From NCBI GenBank assembly GCA_966076165.1, contig CBHRAM010000001.1, positions 1 to 47,536 on the forward strand: 47,536 nt of DNA. The letters are read 5' to 3'. The stretch comes from an uncultured Chitinophagaceae bacterium (lineage in GTDB: Bacteria; Bacteroidota; Bacteroidia; Chitinophagales; Chitinophagaceae). Under the pieces are notes generated by a model. That model worked only from the letters and a program-made list of their open reading frames with translations. It did not search any database and was not told the DNA's origin. The translations under genes were made by a program, and so were the position numbers. Position 1 is the first letter of the stretch; each line of letters opens with the position of its first letter. This document shows, in pieces, positions 10,428 to 17,955 of the stretch.

Positions 10428-11240
10428 ATGAATAAGAAAGCGTTGATGGGCCTGTCGGTAGCCGTATTGCTGCCCGTGTTCTGTTACCTGGTATTGAAAT
10501 ATGCCAGTGAAAGGGCAGTAGATATGCCGCGGAAATACTTTTACGACACGGTGGTAAGCCGTGTTGATAAAGGCAAGATGATCTCTGATACCATCTGGCA
10601 TCAAACAGCGAATATCCATTTACAGAACCAACTGGGTGATACCGTAAGCCTGTATGATAAACCCGGAAAGATCATTGTGGCTGATTTCTTTTTTACAAGA
10701 TGCGGCAGTATCTGTCCGAGGTTAACCACCAATATGGCTAAACTGCAGCAATCTTTTATCCGCGGCGGTGATACCAGGAATAAGATCGATACATCGATCG
10801 TACAGTTCATTTCTTTCTCCATAGACCCGGAGAGGGATAGTGTTGCTGTTTTGAAAAACTATGCCGACCGCTATCATGTAAACCACGACAACTGGTGGAT
10901 GCTTACCGGCAGCAAAGACTCGATTTACAAGTTTGCTTTCGAAGAAATGAAAGTAGACAAGTACAGCGATGAGCCCATCAGTCCTGATTTTGTGCATACC
11001 AGCCGTTTTGTATTGATCGATAAAGCCTACCGCGTACGTGGATATTATAACGGGTTGGATTCTTCTTCTATTTCCAAACTCGCACGTGATATCGGCGTAC
11101 TGATGCTGGAAAAGGACAAAACACAAAAGAGTGAAGTATTCGCCGAGATCCTTAACCTGAGCTGGCTATGGCTGATCATTGTTTGCGCCGTGATCTTTTT
11201 TGTGGTGTATATGCGCGGCCGGAGAAAACTAAACGGATAG
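10428..11240 (+). CDS. SCO1/SenC copper chaperone
   Basis: FFTRCGSICP (CxxxC), SIDPERDS, distal His in DFVHTS. Confidence 0.92.
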   Translation: MNKKALMGLSVAVLLPVFCYLVLKYASERAVDMPRKYFYDTVVSRVDKGKMISDTIWHQTANIHLQNQLGDTVSLYDKPGKIIVADFFFTRCGSICPRLTTNMAKLQQSFIRGGDTRNKIDTSIVQFISFSIDPERDSVAVLKNYADRYHVNHDNWWMLTGSKDSIYKFAFEEMKVDKYSDEPISPDFVHTSRFVLIDKAYRVRGYYNGLDSSSISKLARDIGVLMLEKDKTQKSEVFAEILNLSWLWLIIVCAVIFFVVYMRGRRKLNG

Positions 11241-11246
11241 TCTTTT

Positions 11247-11333
11247 GTTTATTAGTTTATTGGTTTACCCGTTTACTGGTAAGCCATGAAAACCAATAAA
11301 CCAATAAACGAGTAAACCAATCAACCAATCAAC
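11247..11333. repeat. Inverted octamer arrays GTTTATTG / CAATAAAC
   Basis: Units at 11247, 11255, 11263, 11271 and complementary units at 11294-11333, ending 5 nt before the next ATG. Confidence 0.85.
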
Positions 11334-11338
11334 TCACC

Positions 11339-11923
11339 ATGTTAGAGGCATCGATTTCAAAGAATGATAAAAAAGCCGCCTGGCTGATAGGGATTTTTTC
11401 AGTGGTGGTATTCAGTGTAGTGGTATTGCTCGGGCGGTTCAAACTGAATGTGGACCTCGGGTTTAATGTGCACATATTTGCCACCATCAATGCCGTGATC
11501 AATTCTATCGTTGCCGTATTGCTGGTTGCTGCCTTACTGGTGGTAAAGAACGGGAAATACAAATTGCATAAGCAATTGATGATGACGGCACTGATCCTGT
11601 CGGTTATCTTCCTTGTTTCCTATATCGCCCACCGCTTATTTGCCGGTGAAGCAAGATTTGGCGATAGTAACCTGGATGGTATTTTATCAGAAGAAGAAAA
11701 ACAACAGGCAGGTGCGATGCGTTACGGTTATTATTTTATTCTCGGTACCCATATTTTTCTCGCAGCGATCATTCTTCCTTTTATTTTATTCACTGCATAC
11801 AGAGGTCTCACCGCCGAATTCCCCCTGCACAGAAAACTGGCCAAGATTACCTGGCCCTTATGGTTCTATGTAGCGGTTACAGGGCCGGTGGTGTATTTGT
11901 TGATCAGCCCGTATTATAGGTAG
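11339..11923 (+). CDS. DUF420 (CtaM-like) oxidase assembly membrane protein
   Basis: NAVINS, HKQLM, YYFILGTHIFL, HRKLAKITWPLWFYVAVTG; follows SCO. Confidence 0.88.
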   Translation: MLEASISKNDKKAAWLIGIFSVVVFSVVVLLGRFKLNVDLGFNVHIFATINAVINSIVAVLLVAALLVVKNGKYKLHKQLMMTALILSVIFLVSYIAHRLFAGEARFGDSNLDGILSEEEKQQAGAMRYGYYFILGTHIFLAAIILPFILFTAYRGLTAEFPLHRKLAKITWPLWFYVAVTGPVVYLLISPYYR

Positions 11924-11926
11924 TTA

Positions 11927-12017
11927 GTGAAATGGTTAAAGAGGTTAAAATAGTTAAAATGGGAAGCAAACTAATTTAACTATTTTAACCTCTTTAACTA
12001 TTCTACCCATTTTAACC
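11927..12017. repeat. Inverted nonamer arrays (GTTAAA period 9) between convergent genes
   Basis: 11932-11958 is 26/27 complementary to 11975-12001; likely also a bidirectional terminator. Confidence 0.85.
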
Positions 12018-12022
12018 GATTA

Positions 12023-12406
12023 CTACAAGGCCAGCTCCACTACCGGATCCCAAAACTTTTTCTCAAAGTCTACGATCACATCGTCTACTACTTTTATTTT
12101 TTCTTTCTTCAGCAGCTCTTCCATCCTTGTGGGTGTTGAGAAATGCATTTTGCCGGAGAGCATGCCTTTGCGGTTTACTACGCGGTGGGCGGGGATATCT
12201 TTCATGAGGTGTGCACCATTCATGGCCCAACCTACCATACGGGCACTCATTCTGGTGCCGAGATAGGCGGCAATAGCACCGTAGGAAGTGACCCGGCCTT
12301 TGGGGATCTGGCGGGCTACATCATATACCTGTTCAAAAAAGGAACTGTCTTTTTTACCGCTGGGTAAAACGGATTTTAATTTTTCGGATGATTTTTTTGC
12401 TGCCAA
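12023..12406 (-). CDS. Alkyltransferase-like protein (ATL/YbaZ, MGMT family)
   Basis: IPKGRVTSYGAIA, ARMVGWAM, PAHRVV (catalytic Cys replaced by Ala); TTG start. Confidence 0.88.
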   Translation of the reverse strand: MAAKKSSEKLKSVLPSGKKDSSFFEQVYDVARQIPKGRVTSYGAIAAYLGTRMSARMVGWAMNGAHLMKDIPAHRVVNRKGMLSGKMHFSTPTRMEELLKKEKIKVVDDVIVDFEKKFWDPVVELAL

Positions 12407-12510
12407 GGGTTGGGGTTTGTTATGGCAATTTACCTAATTAAGAGAGTTCCTGCGTTGGTTGAACTACAAATCAGCTTTCTCATTTTCAGGGTGCTTAAGA
12501 GCTTTAGTGG

Positions 12511-12732
12511 TTATTGTTGTGGGGACACAACAATGGCGGCGGCGGCGGCCGCATTCTTTTGTTCCAGCAGTTCCGAACGGCGGGGTTCAGGTACGGAATC
12601 GTATTGGTAAGGGCAATGACGGCAACCATGCCCGCAGCAATGGCCCTTGCTCAGATGGTAGTGTTCGGTAAAGACCACGTAACCGTGTTCATCGTGGTAA
12701 AAATCAATTCCTTCAGTCAATGTCTGGCTCAC
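12511..12732 (-). CDS. Small Cys-rich protein (DUF5522-like)
   Basis: EGIDFY...VFTEHYHLSKGHCCGHGCRHCPY; overlaps the trmB stop. Confidence 0.8.
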   Translation of the reverse strand: MSQTLTEGIDFYHDEHGYVVFTEHYHLSKGHCCGHGCRHCPYQYDSVPEPRRSELLEQKNAAAAAAIVVSPQQ

Positions 12733-13417
12733 TCAGTAATTGTTTTAATACTTCATCTTTTTCTACAGGAAGGTCTTTATTGATGCGGAAGCAGATATAG
12801 TGAATGGTATTGCTTTGCGCTATATCCAGGCCTTCGTAATGGGTTTTGATCATCAGTTCCGGTTTGATAACCTCCTGTTTGTAAACCTGGTCCGTATGTT
12901 CCAACAATTCCAGCTCAAATAAGTTGATCACGGCCAAAGTAAAATGATAGAGATCGGGGCTGTCTGTTTTCAGGTTCACCAACCCGCCTTCTTTCAGGAT
13001 CTTTTTATACAGGCGAAGAAAACGGGGATGGGTAAGTCTTTTCTTAGCCCTTGAGCCGCGCAATTGGGGGTCGGGGAAAGTGATCCATATTTCAGCTACT
13101 TCACCAGGGGTGAAATAATCGGTAACCTTATCAATATGTGAGCGAACAAAAGCCACATTGCCCAATCCCTCATCCAGAGCTGTTTTGGCACCCCGCCAGA
13201 TCCGGTTGCCCTTGATATCAATACCGATAAAATTCCGTTCAGGGTGCATCCTGCCCAATCCAACCGCATATTCACCCTTGCCACAGGCCAGTTCCAGCGT
13301 AATAGCTCCGTCATTCTTAAAAAAAGCATTCCATTTACCCGGCATATCCTGCGGGTATTCCAGCACATTATCAAAATGCTTAATGGCTTCAAAACGGATG
13401 AGTTTCTTTTGTCCCAT
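12713..13417 (-). CDS. trmB: tRNA (guanine-N7)-methyltransferase
   Basis: LELACGKGEY, GIDIKGNRIW, IWITFPDPQ, KKRLTHPRF, LKTDS. Confidence 0.95.
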   Translation of the reverse strand: MGQKKLIRFEAIKHFDNVLEYPQDMPGKWNAFFKNDGAITLELACGKGEYAVGLGRMHPERNFIGIDIKGNRIWRGAKTALDEGLGNVAFVRSHIDKVTDYFTPGEVAEIWITFPDPQLRGSRAKKRLTHPRFLRLYKKILKEGGLVNLKTDSPDLYHFTLAVINLFELELLEHTDQVYKQEVIKPELMIKTHYEGLDIAQSNTIHYICFRINKDLPVEKDEVLKQLLSEPDID

Positions 13418-13424
13418 GAGGTTG

Positions 13425-13432
13425 CAAATGTA
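13425..13432 (-). promoter_or_regulatory. Bacteroidota sigma-70 -7 element for trmB
   Basis: TACATTTG on the minus strand matches TAnnTTTG, 7 nt before the ATG. Confidence 0.6.
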
Positions 13433-13564
13433 AAATCTTAGCAGCTATCCCGTTCTTTAATTTTCTAGCCTGAACTACGCCTTTAGGTACAATTTCTTTT
13501 GTGTAACTTTAACACATTAATCACCCCGGACCATCCCCGGTCCCTGTATCCAAAACGCTGCCAT

Positions 13565-15682
13565 ATGTCTCCCAAAAAAGCCATGATCATCCTGATCTCC
13601 GTCCTTTCTATACAAACCATGTTTGCCCAGGAAACCAAAGTATCGGCAATTGCGATGGAAAATATCCAACTGGATGTTTCCCTGAACGCTGCCGGTGTTC
13701 CTGTGTATGCTGTGTCTTATAAGAACAAACCGGTGATCGCGCCTTCTGAGATGGGGTTTGTATTGATGGACGCAAAGAACCTGCACAGCAATTTTGTATT
13801 GCTGAATATGGAAACAAAATCGGTTGATGAAACCTGGCAGCCGGTTTGGGGAGAGGTAAAAAATATCCGGAACCATTACCAGCAGCTGACGGTTCACCTG
13901 AAACAGAAAACAACCAATCTGCTGCTCAATATTGTTTTTAAAGTGTTTGCAGATGGGGTAGGCTTTCGTTATGAATTTCCTTTGCAACCCGGCTTGAAAT
14001 ATTTTATTGTGGCCAATGAACTGACACAGTTCAATCTTACAGGCGATCATAAAACATTCTGGATTCCGGGCGATTATGATTCGAATGAATATCCTTATTC
14101 CACCACCAAACTGAGCGAGATCGATAATGCAGCGATGGTGGCTAAAAGCACTTCCATTTCTACCCGTGTTGCACCGGACAATAAAGCGGTGCAAACGCCT
14201 TTAATGATGAAGTCTGCGGAAGGACTATACATTAATATTCACGAAGCCGCTTTGTTGAATTATCCTGCGATGCAGTTGCATGTAAATACCAGCAATTATC
14301 ATTTAACCAGCAGCCTGGTGCCTGATGCGTATGGTAACAAAGCTTACCTGCATGCACCATCACATACACCCTGGAGAACGATCCTGGTGAGTGATCAGGC
14401 AACGGATATCCTGGCTTCTAAAACGATCCTGAATCTGAATGATCCCGCTAAAACAAAGAATACTTCCTGGATCAAGCCGATGAAGTTTGTGGGTGTGTGG
14501 TGGGAAATGCAGGTGGGTATGGGTGGATGGAATTATTCTGATTTTCCGGATAGTTTGGGTAAGGATGGTAAACTCATTCCGAATGGTAAACACAGTGCCA
14601 ATACGGCCAACGTAAAAAAATATATTGATTTTGCTGCAGCCAGTAATATCAAAGGGGTTTTGGTAGAAGGGTGGAATACAGGCTGGGAGGACTGGTTTGG
14701 GAACTGGAAGGAAAATGTATTTGATTTTGTAACGCCTTATCCTGATTACGATGTGAAAGAAATTGTACGCTATGCAAAATCAAAAGGGGTTTCTATGATC
14801 ATGCATAATGAAACTTCAGGTTCAGCTACCAATTATGAAAGACAACTGGATACCGCTTATAAATTCATGAATCAATTTGGATTTCCTGCTGTGAAAACGG
14901 GTTATGTAGGAAAGATCATACCGCGTGGCGAACACCACGATGGACAATGGATGGTAAGCCATTACGAACGCGTGGCACAGAAAGCACTCGATCATAAAGT
15001 GATGGTGGATATGCATGAGCCGGTAAGGCCCACAGGCTTGCAACGTACTTATCCCAACTGGATGGCCAACGAAGCTGCAAGAGGCAATGAATTCAATGCT
15101 TTCAGCGATGATGGCAACCCCGCAGAACATGAAACGATCCTGCCTTTTACCCGCTTAATGGGCGGGCCGATGGATTATACACCGGGCATCTTTAAATTGA
15201 AAGGATATGCATCTTATGCACCCGAAAGACAATTGCATACAACACTGGCCAAACAACTGGCTTTGTATGTTACGCTATATAGTCCGGTGCAGATGGCTGC
15301 TGATCTTCCGAAAAATTATTTAGCTAAAGCAGATGCTTTTCAATTCATCAAAGATGTGGCGGTTGATTGGGATGATACCAAGATACTGGAAGCAGAGCCC
15401 GGCGATTACCTCACCATTGCCCGTAAAGAAAAAGGAAAAGACAACTGGTTTCTCGGCGGAATCACGGATGAACAGGGAAGGACTACGGATATCCCTTTAA
15501 GCTTCCTTGATAAAGGAAAAAAATATACAGCCATCATTTATGCAGATGCCCCTGACGCCGATTTCCAAAAGAATCCTGAAGCATACAGGATAACCAAACA
15601 GACCGTAGATGCCAACAGCAGCCTGCACCTGGTATTGGCCAATGGGGGTGGGGTTGCCGTAAGTTTTGTTCCTGTGAAATAA
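13565..15682 (+). CDS. Glycoside hydrolase family 97 (SusB-like alpha-glucosidase), secreted
   Basis: Signal peptide; HEAAL, SWIKPMKFVGVWWEM, GVLVEGWN, MHNETS, ARGNEF, GPMDYTPG. Start at ATG 13565. Confidence 0.93.
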   Translation: MSPKKAMIILISVLSIQTMFAQETKVSAIAMENIQLDVSLNAAGVPVYAVSYKNKPVIAPSEMGFVLMDAKNLHSNFVLLNMETKSVDETWQPVWGEVKNIRNHYQQLTVHLKQKTTNLLLNIVFKVFADGVGFRYEFPLQPGLKYFIVANELTQFNLTGDHKTFWIPGDYDSNEYPYSTTKLSEIDNAAMVAKSTSISTRVAPDNKAVQTPLMMKSAEGLYINIHEAALLNYPAMQLHVNTSNYHLTSSLVPDAYGNKAYLHAPSHTPWRTILVSDQATDILASKTILNLNDPAKTKNTSWIKPMKFVGVWWEMQVGMGGWNYSDFPDSLGKDGKLIPNGKHSANTANVKKYIDFAAASNIKGVLVEGWNTGWEDWFGNWKENVFDFVTPYPDYDVKEIVRYAKSKGVSMIMHNETSGSATNYERQLDTAYKFMNQFGFPAVKTGYVGKIIPRGEHHDGQWMVSHYERVAQKALDHKVMVDMHEPVRPTGLQRTYPNWMANEAARGNEFNAFSDDGNPAEHETILPFTRLMGGPMDYTPGIFKLKGYASYAPERQLHTTLAKQLALYVTLYSPVQMAADLPKNYLAKADAFQFIKDVAVDWDDTKILEAEPGDYLTIARKEKGKDNWFLGGITDEQGRTTDIPLSFLDKGKKYTAIIYADAPDADFQKNPEAYRITKQTVDANSSLHLVLANGGGVAVSFVPVK

Positions 15683-15697
15683 TCAATCTACTCATAC

Positions 15698-15739
15698 AAA
15701 GAAGCCACAAACGATTATCTTGTTTGTGGCTTCTTTTTT
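15698..15739 (+). terminator. Intrinsic terminator after GH97
   Basis: AAAGAAGCCACAAAC / GTTTGTGGCTTCTTT plus T run. Confidence 0.8.
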
Positions 15740-15767
15740 GGCATTTGCAAATCTTAGCAAGTTTCGG

Positions 15768-15799
15768 GTTGTGGTTGTTTTTAGGGGTATCTACATTTG
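15768..15799 (+). promoter_or_regulatory. Sigma-70 promoter for ada
   Basis: GTTG-N20-TACATTTG matches the Bacteroidota -33/-7 layout. Confidence 0.55.
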
Positions 15800-15818
15800 T
15801 ATTGTTAAACTGAAAACA

Positions 15819-16658
15819 ATGAATGAACAGGCATATATCAATTATCACCGTATAGCTGAAGCGATCGATTATATCAAAGCTCATTTTAATGAGCAGCCCA
15901 ATCTTGATGAAGTAGCGGAGAAAGTCAATATCAGCCCTTTTCATTTTCAACGCCTGTTTACAGACTGGGCAGGTGTTAGCCCTAAAAAATTTCTGCAATA
16001 CATCAGCGTGGAACATGCAAAAGGAATACTGAAAGAGAAGAAAGCCAGTTTATCGGATGTGGCGTATGAAACCGGTTTATCCGGCACGGGAAGACTGCAT
16101 GATCTGTTTGTAAATATTGAAGGCATGACCCCGGGTGAATTTAAGAACGGAGGAGAAGCACTTGTGATCAATTATAGTTATGCCGAAAGCCCTTTTGGAA
16201 ATATACTCGTTGCTTCTACGCCCAAAGGCATTTGCCATATGGCTTTTGCAGATGATGAAAGAGAAGCTATCAAGGATCTCCATCATCGTTTTCCCAATGC
16301 GGCTTTTAAACAGGTGGTTGACCTGATCCAGCAGAATGCACTGTATATATTTACGCAGGACTGGACAAAACTCAAAGAGATCAAACTGCATTTAAAAGGA
16401 ACGGGCTTTCAGCTAAAAGTCTGGGAAACGCTGCTGAAAGTGCCCATGGGTGGCCTGGCAACTTATGGAGAGATTGCCGCATCTATTGATCAGCCAACTG
16501 CCTCAAGAGCCGTGGGCACGGCTATAGGCGATAACCCGGTGGCTTTTCTGATCCCTTGTCACAGGGTAATTAAATCAACTGGTTCCATCGGCCAGTATCA
16601 TTGGGGAAGCACGCGTAAAACAGCCATCATTGGCTGGGAAGCGGCACATACCCGTTAA
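15819..16658 (+). CDS. ada: Bifunctional AraC-HTH / O6-methylguanine-DNA methyltransferase (Ada-like, no N-terminal Zn domain)
   Basis: SPFHFQRLFTDWAGVSPK HTH; GTGFQLKVW, RAVGTAIGDNP, active site PCHRV. Confidence 0.9.
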   Translation: MNEQAYINYHRIAEAIDYIKAHFNEQPNLDEVAEKVNISPFHFQRLFTDWAGVSPKKFLQYISVEHAKGILKEKKASLSDVAYETGLSGTGRLHDLFVNIEGMTPGEFKNGGEALVINYSYAESPFGNILVASTPKGICHMAFADDEREAIKDLHHRFPNAAFKQVVDLIQQNALYIFTQDWTKLKEIKLHLKGTGFQLKVWETLLKVPMGGLATYGEIAASIDQPTASRAVGTAIGDNPVAFLIPCHRVIKSTGSIGQYHWGSTRKTAIIGWEAAHTR

Positions 16659-16748
16659 CCATCCTCTTATACGATCAATGCAATTTGTTCCGGGTAACCG
16701 GACAGGGAAATTATTGTCTCAATATTTCATCAATATAAAACACAAACA

Positions 16749-17474
16749 ATGAAAACATTTGTCCTCATTCACGGTTCCTGGCATAGTGCATGGAACTGGC
16801 ACAAAGTGGTGCCACTTTTAGAACAGGCCGGGCATACGGCCATTGCCATTGATCTTCCCGGTATGGGAAGAGATAAAACACCCATACAGGATGTAAAAAT
16901 GGAATCAACGGTTCAAAAAATCTGTAAACTGATCGACGGCATTGAAGGAAAAGTGATTCTGGTGGGCCATAGTAAGAACGGGATCATGATCTCACAAGTG
17001 GCAGAATACCGCCCTGATAAAATTGAGAAACTGATCTATCTCGCAGCTTATCTCGTGCCCAATGGCAAAACACAAAGAGAATATTCTGTGCGGGACACCG
17101 GCGGATGGTTAAAATCGTATGTGACTCAACACCCCGAAACGCAATCGCATACTTTACAACCGGCTATTTATAAAGAAGGGCTGTATCATGACTGTGAAGA
17201 TGATATGGCAGCAATGGCACAATATATTTTAAGCAATGAACCTGTTGAATCGGGTATAGCCACCTTACAATTAACGGAAGAGAATTTTGGATCGGTACCC
17301 CGGTATTATATTGAATGCACTGATGACAGAGCGGTAACACCATTTATTCAAAAGGAAATGTATACCGAAACGGTTTGCCGAAAAGTATATAGCCTGCATA
17401 CCAGTCATTCACCATTTTTCAGTAAACCCAAAGAGTTGGTGGATCTGTTTTGTGAGATAGGAGAAGAGGGATAG
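16749..17474 (+). CDS. Alpha/beta hydrolase, methylesterase (SABP2)-like
   Basis: FVLIHGSWH, DLPGMG, GHSKNG nucleophile, TDDRAV Asp, TSHSPF His. Confidence 0.85.
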   Translation: MKTFVLIHGSWHSAWNWHKVVPLLEQAGHTAIAIDLPGMGRDKTPIQDVKMESTVQKICKLIDGIEGKVILVGHSKNGIMISQVAEYRPDKIEKLIYLAAYLVPNGKTQREYSVRDTGGWLKSYVTQHPETQSHTLQPAIYKEGLYHDCEDDMAAMAQYILSNEPVESGIATLQLTEENFGSVPRYYIECTDDRAVTPFIQKEMYTETVCRKVYSLHTSHSPFFSKPKELVDLFCEIGEEG

Positions 17475-17573
17475 AACAGAGGAACAGATGAGCAAGGAAC
17501 AGATGAACAGACGAACGGGGGCAGGTTTGCAGGAATGAAGGCTTTCATTCAACATTTATCTGTTCTATTATTC
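17474..17573. repeat. Degenerate GAACAGAT array with a partial complementary arm
   Basis: GAACAGAG GAACAGAT GAGCAAG GAACAGAT GAACAGAC, then ATCTGTTC near 17558-17565. Confidence 0.5.
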
Positions 17574-17593
17574 AAACCGGCAGAGCACAAAAT

Positions 17594-17630
17594 AAAAAGC
17601 CGCAACTGATGTTTCAGTTGCGGCTTTTTT
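17594..17630. terminator. Bidirectional intrinsic terminator directly after the tRNA-like RNA
   Basis: Perfect 16-bp stem AAAAAGCCGCAACTGA-tgtt-TCAGTTGCGGCTTTTT. Confidence 0.9.
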
Positions 17631-17805
17631 GCTGTAGGGGGAGGGATCGAACCTCCACGAGGCAGTTAGCTGTAGTACAAAGTTCGGTGGTCGACCCCGG
17701 TCACCTGAATATTGCTATTCAAATGGCTCTATGCTACGTTTATCCTGTTATCCTCACCCCCGAGACAAGAGGGCATGTCTGCCAAAAATTTCATCACCCC
17801 ACAGT
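17630..17805 (-). ncRNA. tRNA-like RNA with GUC (Asp) anticodon, 8-bp acceptor stem and a 100-nt structured variable-arm domain
   Basis: Minus strand: CTGTGGGG/CCCTACAG acceptor; ATG/CAT D-stem with GG in the loop; CCCTC-TTGTCTC-GGGGG anticodon arm; GGAGG-TTCGATC-CCTCC T arm; 100-nt insert at 17756-17657 folding into several helices; followed by a terminator. No CCA encoded. Confidence 0.8.
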
Positions 17806-17839
17806 ATATAAGAACGCTGTCAATGTTTGTTTGACAAGA

Positions 17840-17872
17840 CAATATTAGCACATATTCCCCATTTGTTGTAAA
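17840..17872 (-). promoter_or_regulatory. Putative promoter of the tRNA-like RNA
   Basis: TTTA-N21-TAATATTG on the minus strand, one mismatch in each box versus TTTG/TAnnTTTG. Confidence 0.45.
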
Positions 17873-17885
17873 TAATTCAATAAAT

Positions 17886-17927
17886 TATTTGATAATATAG
17901 AAATCGTTCAATATATTTGATAATATA
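17886..17927 (+). promoter_or_regulatory. asnC promoter with a 14-bp direct repeat (candidate AsnC operator)
   Basis: TTTG(17888)-N20-TATATTTG(17912) is a consensus promoter; TATTTGATAATATA occurs at 17886 and 17914. Confidence 0.6.
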
Positions 17928-17955
17928 CTGAAAATTATCTAAAAATCAAACTAAA

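Noticed and set aside
107-11923. ACIII and aa3 oxidase genes in one cluster with two subunit III genes
   Set aside because: Established arrangement in Bacteroidota (ACIII-aa3 supercomplex of Flavobacterium johnsoniae).
13517-14194. Long antisense ORFs (225 aa here, 216 aa at 28023-28673, and many shorter ones)
   Set aside because: Shadow frames opposite confidently identified genes.
17630-17805. Reading the RNA as tmRNA, tRNA-Sec or a group I intron-containing tRNA
   Set aside because: It has a full anticodon arm and is too short for tmRNA; the anticodon is GUC, not UCA; the insert is only 100 nt, lies in the variable arm and shows no group I core.
17609-17848. 79-aa plus-strand ORF over the tRNA-like RNA
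   Set aside because: Starts inside the terminator, has no protein-like features, and is antisense to a well-formed cloverleaf.
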